DNA of 62,914 nt, filler included, from Licmophora abbreviata (taxonomy: Eukaryota): assembly GCA_900291995.1 (NCBI GenBank). It is 16 parts of 16 records of this genome, joined end to end, with 100 filler letters (N's around TTAATTAATTAA, not from the genome) between each part and the next. Parts side by side here need not be neighbours in the genome. Positions count along the whole stretch, not along the records: positions 20,057 to 22,322 come from OLMU01005076.1; positions 22,423 to 27,251 come from OLMU01005077.1; positions 27,352 to 29,819 come from OLMU01005078.1; positions 29,920 to 31,991 come from OLMU01005079.1; positions 32,092 to 34,061 come from OLMU01005080.1; 11 more parts are not named here. One strand, written 5' to 3'. Positions 21,676 to 33,740 of this stretch are shown in pieces. Below the pieces are notes generated by a model. It ran no database searches and had not been told where the DNA came from. It worked only from the letters and a program-made list of their open reading frames with translations. The first letter of the stretch is position 1; each line of letters begins with the position of its first letter. Position numbers and translations under genes: made by a program.

Positions 21676-24600
21676 CTACACCTTGAAAGAGACTGGAAGC
21701 GGGATGAAGATTCTTCCGTTCGGATGCTTCTCAAAGCACTCTGTGCACAGTTCTTCGCGCTCGGGTGCCACCGCCCCGCGACCTGTCGTTGGCTTGACAA
21801 TCTTGTGCCATCGCACGTCTTGCACATGTTCCCCACAGGATGTACACAGAGGCACCATGCCCGGAGCATTATCGTTGTGCAAATGATACAACAGCATGGC
21901 TGTGCTGTGCTTGGCGCGACGAAGCGTGTCAAACTCCAAATTGCGGAACTGGGAAAACTCCAACAGAGCATGTCGGGCATCTGCGATACGGGACGTGACA
22001 ATAGGAGCATCGGAAGCTTGTCCCTTCCCTTGCATCTTCTCGAAAGAGGCAATGTATGACTCGTAGTTATCCAACTTGGACTGTGCTTCGTGCGACGGAT
22101 TCGGGCTCGGCTGTAGCGAGCACGAAAAGAACGACGTCCGGTATCGTCGCATCGAGCGTCCGACTTGCTCACCCAACCATGACTGACGGCGTCGCCTATT
22201 GGACGGAGGCTCGTCCGGAAACTGTGGCAGGTCCTCGACAACTTCCATTCGAGGCCTTCCCGGTTTCTTGCGGCTACTGCTCGCTTTCTTGATGTACCCC
22301 AGCTTCTTTGGAGGGATCGGGTNNNNNNNNNNNNNNNNNNNNNNNNNNNNNNNNNNNNNNNNNNNNTTAATTAATTAANNNNNNNNNNNNNNNNNNNNNN
22401 NNNNNNNNNNNNNNNNNNNNNNAGGCCTTCCCGGCTTCTTGCGGCTACTGCTCGCTTTCTTAATGTACCCCGGCTTCTTGGGAGGGATCGGGTTGCGCTT
22501 GTCTAGAAGCCACACGTCGTCCCCAACCATGCTCTGAAACACTGCTTCTGCTCCTCCTGTCAGTAGGTCGAGCTTCTTCACGGTGAGGGATCGTCGCACG
22601 CGAATCGTGTCACTAACTGTAGGCGACGAATGCGCGGCCGCTGGCTGATGCGGGGGCGTCGCAGGGGAAATTGCAGCGGGAGTTTCCTTTGGCTTTGCCG
22701 ACAGTTCGTCGTCGCAAGCTTCCGCGACCTGTTCGAGGCGAACGTCAAGACTCATACTCATGTCGGCAAACCGTTCTTGACACGGCAGCCCTTCCTGGGG
22801 GAACTGATCCTGGCAGTTCCATGAGGCAGTCAGCATCCTGAGTTCTTCGAAGAACCTATTTTGCATTTCAGTGGCCATCTTGTGGACGGAGTGGAATTGG
22901 GGATTGTAGCGTTTGGCGTTCTCGAACACAAGCTGAACGTCAGCTACAAAATCGCGTAGACTCTCAAACTCCCCAAGAATGCATCGAGAGTAGATTGTGC
23001 CAAGGTCCATTGGTTTCGATATGACGCGATGGTAGTCCTTCAGGTTCAACTCTGAAGCGTTCACTGGACGGCGGAAAGGCTCGGACGATGGATGAGCCAT
23101 GATGCGATTGCGAAGAATCGAAGCAACCTGCACAGCTGGGCATCTCTCAGATTCAATGTGTTCGACAAACTCAGCGTCTCCGCCGGAGCAAGCCGTCTCC
23201 TTAGCACCAGCCTTACTCTTCAAGTATCGGGAGAGAGTTGCATTGTGAAGACGTACCGACTCTTCAATCCAAAAGTCACCGTCAAGCAAAGGAGGACAAA
23301 GCATTCTTCCCGGACGAGCTTTGTCGAACGCAAACGACTCCGCTGTCACGCCCTCGGGGTCTTCTTCCTTTACTTGCGCCAGAAAGTCATGAAAGGCATT
23401 CTCGTAGAGACTCTTCACGTCAGTAACTACTCCACATTCAATCGCCTTGCTCAATGCCCCATGATACCAAGCGACGAGCCGATCTTTGGTCGGCGTGCGC
23501 TGCGAGTTCGGGTGATTCCAAAAGACGAACGAGTTGCCACGTGCAGGAGGACATGCCCAAATATGAGCAGTCTCGTAGCCACGCGCACGCGCCGTCGCAA
23601 GGTACGAAACCATCATTTCATGATAGACCTCAGTACGGCAGGGCCGTGGTCGAAAGTACTCGACCGAATCCAGGTAGGCAATGTATACACGCTTCTTCTG
23701 ACCGACGACAGCCGTGTTGACGCCTTCATCGTAGACATCGTTGCCGTCATACTCTTGCACATACATCGAGAAGATGCACACATCCAAGCCGTCAATCTTT
23801 TGGAAAAGGGCAATGGCTTTGGACGTGTAGCGTACAAGCGATGGGGGGACCGCCGTTGCATTGAGATGAGACTCTGACGAAGAAGCCTCCATTCGAAAGT
23901 GCTTCCTGACAACGTCAGGTACATGAAAGTGCTTGTCGCATTCGGAAATCATACGGACAGACACAGTCCGATCAACATTCTGAAGACCCGAACTAGCCAT
24001 ACGCAAACGGACCTTCTCTTGAATGAAGGAAGAAACAGGACATTCAGCAAGCGAGTCGGCGCTCAAGGCGACAGATCCAGAAACGCAATTTGTCAAATGA
24101 AACTCTGACATAGAAACAGGCGAGCTTCCACCGCTCACAAATGTAAACATCTCGTCGTCAGACTGCGACGACGCACTGATGGGGACCTGACTCTCGGCTG
24201 GCGACACGACACACGAAGGGCAGCGATAGTCTTCGTCCTTGTGAACAAACTCGTTGTGCATGGCACAAATGCGGTGAACAGAAGTATCACAGTCGCTGCA
24301 CGACAGCCATTGCTCCACGATATCCTCGTCGTTCTTGCGCTTCAGAAGATCACGTTTGTACCGGACAAGCGACGACCGAACGGGGTCCCCATGATCTCTT
24401 TCGTGAGGCAACACAGGCTGTAGCCCTGCATAACACCGCTGGCAGTACTGTCGCGCTCCATCTGGCGTGATGTAATACACGGCGCCCTTTCGAATCTTGG
24501 CGCTGCCGCAGCTTGCCCCCGTGCAAATCAGCAGCGCGGGCTCATGAGATAGACAGCCGTCTTTGCACATAGCACATGTCCGTCCACGACACGTGCCACA

Positions 24601-25791
24601 GCTGTGAACCGGGCGACGCTTTGGAAATTTGTGAAAGTGATGCTGCACTGGTTCCACGGGCATTGATTGAGGCACAGTGGCGGATTGCATCTGCTGAACC
24701 GAAATGATACTGGCGACTGCTCTCTTGCTGGCGGGGTGGTCCTGGATTATTGCTTCCGTCGTTGTGTGCACGCGAGATCGCTTTCGAGGAACCTGCTTGA
24801 CGGAGATGATGCTCGACACAATTTTTCTAGCTGCAGGGTCCTTGAGTGGGGGTGCTTCCGTGCCATCCGATTGCTTACGCTTGCGTGAAGCGGTAGAGTG
24901 TGGCGCCGGTCCTTCGGAACGCAGCAGCACATGAGCTCTTCCAACAGCAGCAGCAGAAGTAGCCTTGATAGGGGCGGCCTCGACGATGGGCACGACCACT
25001 TCACCGGATCGAATCAGTATATCCAAGTACTGCTCCTCGAACGAAGCAAGAAGTTCCCGCGCGGAAATATGTACAAGATTGTCGTGCGGGTTATATGTCA
25101 TTGCGTTGCGGAAGACCAGACGAATGTCCTCTGCCACATCGTCACGCCGCGTGTACGCAACGGCATGCAAGCGAGCCTTGATCGAGCCCAAGTCCATCGC
25201 TTTCGTCACAATTCGATCGTAGTCTGGCAATCCGAGGGCTACGGCATCGACTGGTACATTGAAGATTCCACGTCGATTGTGAACGGGATGCGACATGAGC
25301 CGGGAGACAATCTGGCGCATCGGGAAGAGTTCGGATTCAAGGCGAAGAGCATGCTCGTGGGCAGCTAAGAGTGACGCATTGTGAAGTGGATTCGGTAGGG
25401 GAGGGACGCCTGGCTTGCAGCAAGATTCCATCTTGTCAAGCTCACTCTTGGCTTCCTCCATCGACTCATCGCAGTCTCCATCATCGCACATTGCAGATTC
25501 ATCATCCTCTCCTTCTTCCTCTTCCCCACCACTGCTGATACAAGGAGTCTTGCAGCCACTGCTGTTCAATTCAGACTCGCGTGACACGAGTCGTGTCAAT
25601 GGACGAGCGGAGCTGCGAAGTCGCCGGCGGGGATGGTCGGACTCTTCGCTTTCGACGATTTTGCGACTCTCCAAGGCAGCAGCACCGACACAGGTCGGGG
25701 ACGAAGGCGTCGTAGGAGAAGAATCAGCCGCAATGGCGTCGTCCGTAGGCGTTGCCACCCGTGTTGGTCGTGCAGGCTCGTCCAGTTTCAT
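21676..25791 (-). CDS. p300/CBP-like (KAT11) histone acetyltransferase with two bromodomains
   Basis: Bromodomain 1 (FNVPVD...MDLGSI...NAMTYN), RING/PHD Cys clusters, KAT11 core (MYVQEY, VYIAYLDSV, HIWACPP, GDFW), bromodomain 2 (FRRPV...PMDLGTI...NAKRYN) and the C-terminal EFDTLRRAKHST. Contig ends overlap across the gap. Confidence 0.9.
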
Positions 25792-27351
25792 TTTATACTT
25801 CTCGTGTTCAAGAGCACTCCTTGTTTCGAGAGTCTGATCTCACACTCCACTCCGCAGAATCTGTTTCGAGTACGGAAAATAGAAGAGTCGACAGAGGTGA
25901 GAACGCTGCCCTTTCAACGAGTAGGACGAGGAAACTCTGTTCGAACTCCATCCTGGAGGAGCTAGTTCGTGGTTTTGTGACTTGGGACTCGACACATCGT
26001 GTCAACGATACGTAGAACCCAGTACAAGATCTACTGAGGTACCGAATTCGGCATCCACCACGAATTCGATGAGACTCGACTGACTCCATGACTCTTTGGA
26101 GAGAGCCGTCGTGCCGACGATCCAGGCTGAAACTGGCCGAAATGGTCACTTCATTCCGTCACCCCGTGTCAAGGACGTTACAGCGAGCATATGAAACACC
26201 CCATTGAAAGCCCAGAGCCGTCGTAGATGCCTGAAAACTGACAGTGTCGCTCCATGACCAAGCCCGGTATCAATCTACGTAGATTTGACGTGGAAAACAT
26301 CTGTCCGAGTTTCGAACGCGATCCATGGAGCTGCCGACAATCCATCGGTCGTATCTTGATGACCAAAGCTCGCCCTGACACGAAAATAGGATTGTCGTAT
26401 CCCTCATACTCATGAGAATAGTTGACGAAGCGGTTGGGAAGATTCAAGACTACTGGAACGAAATATCGCATTTTTCCGTCTCCTCCCGACCATGGTGAAA
26501 AGCTCTCAAACGCGACGGAGTTCATGATTTCCGTTGCGAGGGTTCGGAATGGGCTGCAGTACGAGTTGTACTCACATTTCTACGTGTCTATATTTTAGAC
26601 ACAAACGAAGTCAAAATGAATTCCTAATGCCATCGGAGGGGCTGTTTCGAAAGATATGCCGTAGAAACAATACGAGCCGTGTCGTAGACCCAACGATTCC
26701 AAAGTTGGTGGGTCACCTTTCGTGGGTGCGTTGAAAATTTTTGAGAAAATTTGTGGCAGTCTTTCACAAGACTGGCGATTGGCCTACGACAGCCACGTAG
26801 AAGTATACGGATTCCTACGTAAAATAGCAACGTACAGAGTCTTTGTACTATCGTTGAAGCTACGTGTCCGTGGTACCTCTGTGTCATTGCTGCAACTTGG
26901 GACGTCACTCGTGCGTCAGTCAGCCGAAATCCGACGAAAAGCTCTGTCCGTCAGCCGAAAGACAGATTTGGCGCGCCAAGAAATAGTGCATGCTGGCGCG
27001 CAGAACAAGCGTGTGTCAAAAATCAGGACCTACGACACGACACGATTATTGAGTGTTGTGGTTCGGTTCTCATCGGTAGGAGGATCTTTGAGAAATCTTC
27101 TGTTGTTCTGAACTTCAAACTCCTAGAACAAAAGATCGTCTCGATCCCAAGCCGAGTCCCAAGCGAAGACGGTGTCTATTTCATATCACTCGACTTTGCT
27201 CGCATATCTGAGGCACGCGAAAACATGAAGTATCGAAGGTGGAACAGCGAANNNNNNNNNNNNNNNNNNNNNNNNNNNNNNNNNNNNNNNNNNNNTTAAT
27301 TAATTAANNNNNNNNNNNNNNNNNNNNNNNNNNNNNNNNNNNNNNNNNNNN

Positions 27352-29819
27352 CAGCCGTAGACAAGACGGGTGAAGATGGGACCCCTCGTGCATCCATCTT
27401 TCTACAGGAGAAGGAAACTAGTGGCAGTGACGCCTCTGTCCCTTCGTCTGTAGCAGGTATCGGGTGGGACGAGGCATCGCCAGTGATGCGAAGCGCACAG
27501 TGGGTACTCACTGGAAGAAAGAAATTACCAATGTCAGTCAAAAGACGATTGCAGTGTCCTTCTTTCTCTATTTTGCTTGCATTTCCCCTGCCATCACGTT
27601 TGGTGCGATCTACGCCAAGGCAACTCATGATTGGATTGGAGGTGAGCTAGCTAACTAACTGGACACGCCATGTGAGTCTCGAGCACGTCGCTGACCAACT
27701 CGGTTCGTCGCGTGATCATGTAGCTGTCGAGATGCTTCTTGCTACTGCATGGTGCGGGATTGTGTATGCCTTCGTTGGAGGGCAACCCATGGTACGTGCT
27801 CGTTGTAGTGTCATGGTTGCGCAGTGTCGTCTTGCTTGTCTCGGCTAAGAAACGATGCCGTCACTTTCCAAAGATGATCAACGGAGGTACAGGACCGGTG
27901 CTGGCTTTTGCGGAGATTCTTTTCAAAATGTCGGAAAGTTTAGACGTCCCGTTTCTCACTTTCAACGCGTGGGTTGGCATTTGGGTGTGCATCTACATGC
28001 TCATTGCCGCCTTTACGGGCCTCAACCGAGTCATTGTCTACGCGACGCGCTTCACCGATGAGATCTTTGCTCTTCTGATTGCAACCATATTTATTCTAAA
28101 CGCACTCGGAAATCCTTTTGCCCCCGTGGGAGTCTACTACTACTTTGAAGAAGACCACAAGTCCCACGACGAATATCGCGATGACCCAGATTACTCCTAT
28201 ATGGCATCCGCCCTCTTGTCGCTCCTCGTTGCCATTGGAACCGGAACCGTATGGCTTGCCTTTACGCTTCGCAAAGTCAAGTTTTCGCCATTTTTGCCCA
28301 GTCAGGCAGCGCGCAACTTTGTGACAGACTTTGCCGTTGTAACTTCCATTGTCACTATGACTGTGATTGCCAATGTATTGTTTGATGACGTGCAGTTAGA
28401 GACACTCAATGTCCCCGAGATGTTTGCTCCCACCTTCTCGTGCTGTACGGACGCTTGTGACGAGAGTTGACCGACGGACTGTCCCGAGCTAGAGGCTCCG
28501 TTTCGTCAGAGGCCGTGGCTTGTCGACTTGGGCGATTTGAATGGCAACGAGTGGGTGCCATTCATGGCGGCGGGTCCAGCCTTGCTCGCCTTCATCTTGG
28601 TATTTCTGGACGACGGCATCACGTGGCATCTCGTGAACGGCGATACGTACAAGCTGAAGCATGGAACTGCCTTTCATTACGATACTGTGATTATTGGTCT
28701 CATGATTGCCATCAATTCACTCTTGGGTCTGCCATGGCTCGTGGCGGCAACGGTGCGATCATTGAATCACGTGCATGCCATGGCAGAGAAAACGTCGGAT
28801 GGAAAGATCGTGTCTGTTCAAGAGACGCGAGTGACCAATCTAGTTATTCACATGTTGTGCCTGGCTTCTATTTTTGCATTGAATGTGCTCAAGCTGATCC
28901 CCATGCCGGTCCTTTACGTGAGTACGCGATACAGTCCAAGGGGGCGAGTTGCCTCGTTATGTTACACATTGTCTACATTCGCTGACGACGTTGCTCTACT
29001 TTGAACTACGCACAGGGCGTGTTTTTGTTCATGGGGTTGGTCTCACTCGGCACCAACCAGTTTTGGGGCCGCATTCTCATGTTCTTTATGCAACCCGCCA
29101 AGTACCCACTGGAACCGTACACATTGCACATGGTACCACGACGTATGCACTTATTCACCGGCATTCAATTGTTGCTCTTCCTCTTGCTGTATACCGTCAA
29201 GGCCATCAAGACGATTGCGATTGCCTTTCCCCTCATTATTGCATGTTGCATTCCCACGAGACTCTACCTACTTGTGAAGATCTTTTCAGAGGAAGAGTTG
29301 GTGATGATTGACAGCGACGACGAGACGGTAGCGAAATGGCTGGCGACGCATCGCAACACAATGAACGAGGAGAGTTGCAATACGAAAACGAAGGAAACCG
29401 ACGTATTGGATGGATCGTACAAGCGTCAGGACGACGACGAACATCCGGAGGAGGCGTTGGACCTGGCGACGCCACTTCCGGCCGTTGATGATATGCGACA
29501 AACACCAGTCTACATTCGCAAGAAGCGCCGCAAGTCCATATCGGCTCCCTCCCACATATTCCTTCGTCCCGAAATGAGAGTGTCGCTTCCGGACACTACG
29601 ACTTCGACACCGCCTGACATTGGTCTCGCGATTGTGAACCTCGATGCTACTACTAGTAGTAGTAGTAGTAGTATGACAGTGGAGGACATTCCGCCCCTTA
29701 TTCAGGATGACACTATACAGCCCCGTCGACGACGTAGGAGCAAGAGCGTGTCTTGTCCACCGCACATGCTCTTTGCCGAAGCAGAACGTCATGTGGCGTC
29801 CAACTACTTTTTTGGATAA
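27352..29819 (+). CDS. SLC4/band-3-family bicarbonate (anion) transporter, multi-exon, 5'-partial
   Basis: FLYFACISPAITFG, GGQPM/GGTGP, TRFTDEIF, GLPWLVAATVRSLNH, ETRVT and PVLYGVFLFMG motifs. GT-AG introns near 27643, 27792 and 28918. Confidence 0.9.
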
Positions 29820-30290
29820 NNNNNNNNNNNNNNNNNNNNNNNNNNNNNNNNNNNNNNNNNNNNTTAATTAATTAANNNNNNNNNNNNNNNNNNNNNNNNN
29901 NNNNNNNNNNNNNNNNNNNGTATGGTGGGTGGGATGAGTGCGTGATGATGATGATGATGAAGCGGGCAGGTACTGTTGTATGGATTGTTGTTGTAATGTT
30001 TAGTGTAGCAAGAATGATAGTAGTCTTTGTTGTTTGTCAACTGAATTTGTAGCTATCATACTACATCTAGCTTACTCGTATAACGCTTTCGTAGCTGACT
30101 TGGTGTCTGGCCGGCGTACCGCTGAGACGGGATCTGATTGCATGACGCGATGAAAAAAAGATCGCGACAACGACGCGACGATGGACTTTGAACTTGACTC
30201 TGTGTTAGTGAGGCCATCCATTGTTACACTTCCTCTTGGTGTCCTATACTACTACTAGTCGTACCAGTACACGATCACCACTTCAGTCTC

Positions 30291-31169
30291 ATGAGAATGC
30301 TGCGACAAAGGATGAAAAGGACGGTCTTCTACTGCGGGATTCTTTGGGGACCTGCTACTACTAGTAGAAGTGCCGTGACAGCCTGGAGCAATGCCGCCGT
30401 CGGTCCGTATCGCCCGTCCTCCTCCATGACGAGTCGGCAATTTCTCCAGCAGCGCCACACGCCTGTCACGTTTCTTCGTCCGACGACTCCTCGACTTCTC
30501 TCCGTATCTTCGGATGCCAGTCTTCCTTCTGACGCGCAGCTCCTGGACGGGCAACGACAACTTCAACAAGTCATGAGACTCCGAGGCAAGGTGGATGCTG
30601 GCTACGGTCGAGGGGGGAAGAAACTCGGCTTTCCGACTGCAAATCTGCCATCCTCCTTGTTTCAGAATGCTCTTGAAGACGTCTCGACGGGAGTGTACTT
30701 TGGATGGGCCGTTATTGAACGACATCAGGCTACTAGCAGTAGTGATACTGGAGATAGTGTCGTACTGATGCACAAGGCTGCAGTCAATGTTGGGTACTCG
30801 CCGACCTTTGAGGGACAAGAAAACAAGGAGAAGATCATTGAAGCGCATTTGATTGTAGACAACAATGAAGAGGATCCTCTTTTACCAGACTTTTACAATC
30901 AAACCATGCGATTGGCGCTCTTGGGGTCCCTCCGACCCGAACGAAAGTTTGAGTCCTTTCCGGAACTTGTGACGGCCATTACGAAGGATGTCAAGAATGC
31001 CAAGGTTGCGCTTGATCTAGAACCCTTCTCGTTGTTTCGATCGGATCCGTTCCTTGTGAGGAAAGACGATATGTGGGTCGGAAGGAGTGGCGGTGACGCA
31101 GAAGCCAGTTGGGAGTTTCAAGATGCCCAGGAGGCAACGAAACAAGTCACATTGCAGACAAGGCCATAG
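30291..31169 (+). CDS. Riboflavin kinase with an organellar presequence
   Basis: GYGRGGKKLGFPTAN, GVYFGWA, NVGYSPTF, IEAH and LRPERKF motifs. Confidence 0.92.
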   Translation: MRMLRQRMKRTVFYCGILWGPATTSRSAVTAWSNAAVGPYRPSSSMTSRQFLQQRHTPVTFLRPTTPRLLSVSSDASLPSDAQLLDGQRQLQQVMRLRGKVDAGYGRGGKKLGFPTANLPSSLFQNALEDVSTGVYFGWAVIERHQATSSSDTGDSVVLMHKAAVNVGYSPTFEGQENKEKIIEAHLIVDNNEEDPLLPDFYNQTMRLALLGSLRPERKFESFPELVTAITKDVKNAKVALDLEPFSLFRSDPFLVRKDDMWVGRSGGDAEASWEFQDAQEATKQVTLQTRP

Positions 31170-31319
31170 TACTACTAGTAGGGTGCTCGTCGTAGTACAT
31201 GATGTACGGCTTATTTGTCGCGCATTGTCTCTTTGTAGTCACATCAGTAGTTACCTCCTGTTTAGTGCTCTCACCTCGCGTTAGCATATATATTATGTGT
31301 CACACATGTCTCGCCCAGT

Positions 31320-33210
31320 CTACTCATTGCTGACTTCCCGCTTCCGCCGGAGTCGGGCTGCCACGGCAGCTCCTGCCGCTGCTCGCCGCTTCCGAGCCCC
31401 CGCTTCGTCCAGCGCAGCCTTTGCAGCAATGAGGTACATCTCATGAAAGGTAACTGCACTGTACAATGTCGTGGAGAGGTCTATAATAGTTCGCTTCCCC
31501 TTGACCAGCTCCATGCCGTAGTGAATCAGTTCACACGCATCCTCTCCACAAATGTGGACTCCCAGAATGCGGCCAGCGGGCTTCTCAAAGACAAGTTTCA
31601 ACAAGCCATTCGGAGAAAAGACGCGACCGCGAAGGCACTCGGCGTAGAGAGCGATTCCTTCTCCTGCATCAATACCTGCATCCTGCGCCTGCTGAGCTGA
31701 TAGACCGTAGTAGGCTGCTTCGGGTGACGACCATACACCGGTCGGAAAGGCAAACGGGTTGGCCGCGAGTGATGTCGGATCGAAGCCTTCCCCGGCGCGA
31801 CCAAGGTCACTTTCAATGCACAGTTTGTCCTCTGGATCGCACATGGAGGAACCAGGATCTTCATGGGCCGGTCCGAACATGGACGCCACCGAGGCGATGC
31901 CCTGCGCCACACCGGTGGAGGCTAGGAAGGGTCGTCCTAACACGTCTCCGGCGGCAAATACGTTTCCAGACTTGGCCGTGGTGACAAGTCTNNNNNNNNN
32001 NNNNNNNNNNNNNNNNNNNNNNNNNNNNNNNNNNNTTAATTAATTAANNNNNNNNNNNNNNNNNNNNNNNNNNNNNNNNNNNNNNNNNNNNAATTCCTCC
32101 GTAATCATCCACGTCAATGCCCGCACCCTGTAAATTCAGATTGCCAGTATTCGGTTTGCGCCCCACAGCGGCCAGGTAGGCATCGCACTTGATTTCCGCG
32201 TCGCGCCCATGCGGGAGCGCCCCGCCGCCCTTGGCCTCCAACGTGATGCGGATCGGCGCCCGCGCATTGTCCTTGGGGACGAAAAATTCCTTGGCCTGTG
32301 CGCCTCGCTCAATTTTGATACCGCTCCGGACCAAGTCGGCAACGAGCGTTGCCGCCACGTCCTTGTCGAGTCCGATCTTCATCAAGGCATTGCGAGGAAT
32401 TTGATCGCGAATAATGAGCGTCACGTCGGCTCCCAAATTTCGAAAGATCTTGGCAAATTCGATTGCGATAATACCACTGCCCGTAATGGCAATCGACTTG
32501 GGCAAGTAGCTCATCTGATTGATGCTGTCCGAATCGAAAACGCGGGATCCGTCAAACGGAATGCCTCCAGGCCGGAACGGCTTGGAGCCTGTGGAGACCA
32601 GTATGTTTTTGGCCTTGACTGTCTCCAGGGAGTGATCTGGCAACGTGACGAGGAGCGAATCTGTATCACCCGAATCTGGAAAGGACGCAAAGCCGTTCAG
32701 ATAATCGACTCCAGCGAATTCCATCTGCCGAAAGACATCTTGCGCGTTGCTCGACGCCAGATCGACACAGTTGCTAATTATCTCATTCCACACACTGTCT
32801 TCCCGCAGTCCCATCCCACGCAGCGTCGAGACACTGATGCGCTTGCTGGTATCGCGAAGAGCCTTGCTAAAGAGTCCCGTGGGACCTCCGATGCTCAAGT
32901 CTTCGTTGGTGGCTTCGTTCATGAGCATGCCACTGGCGCGGGGCGCGTCAATAAGAATTACCTTTTTGTTGTAAGGTGACGATGCGGCCACCATGGCGGC
33001 TTGTGCGCCGACAGGACCTGCCCCGATGACTGCCAGATCGTACGTGCTGGTGGACATGGATAGATTGGGTGAGGCGGTGGATCTTGTTGCTGTCCGCAGT
33101 GAAGATAGTGAGTGACACTGCGTCGAAAACGACTCTATCCTGGGCATTAAATTCAGAAAAAGTATCGAGCAGAGCATCACTCGAGCAGTTCGCGTCTGGA
33201 CAGACATCAT
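31320..33210 (-). CDS. Soluble pyridine nucleotide transhydrogenase-like flavoprotein, probably plastid-targeted, split by a gap
   Basis: GAGPVG, SKALR, STGSKPFRP, FDSDSI, GSGIIAIEFA, GRKPN, LKLVF and GVHICGEDACELIH motifs. N-terminal signal ending IES-F followed by an S/T-rich transit peptide. Confidence 0.8.
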
Positions 33211-33740
33211 GGTACAAACTAAATTCAAAAACTGGGGCTGCAGCAGACGTCAATGTTGACAATGAATCAATAAGATCGATGTAGACTATGCGTTCACAGT
33301 CCGAGACAAACTGTTCAGTGTACGTCTAGTCGTTGTTGTATGAATCAAATTTAATCTTCGTATCGGTCCGCTGTTTCGGCATTCGATTCATTCTTGACAT
33401 CTCGTATCTTTTCTCATGGCAACAAACGTCACTCTTTTTCAGCGCAAGTCAATGGATACCGTGCGTATCAGAGTTTCGTATTTTGCTCTCAAAAGCAACA
33501 ATAGAACGCTTGAAAGTGTAAGTTGTGTCTGTCCGCCAGCACGGATTGCGAGCCAACCGATTTTGAACGACACTTCGCATTCTCAAACTCAATCACTCCG
33601 GCGTGGTTTGCTAACTCGTTTAATGACACGTTCCTGGTACCATAACTACTTTCTAACACACACTCTTTCTTAAAAGCCACACCTTGCACATTCACAACAC
33701 TAAATGCCGCACCAAGATTTGTCCTGTAACCATTCTTAGT

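Noticed and set aside
25800..27250. Short ORFs or an LTR element in the eukaryotic intergenic region
   Set aside because: No recognisable domains, terminal repeats or primer-binding site. Most likely the divergent promoter region of the HAT and SLC4 genes.
7224..29819. Functional link between bacterial SbtA and eukaryotic SLC4 bicarbonate transporters
   Set aside because: They are in different genomes and co-occur only through concatenation.
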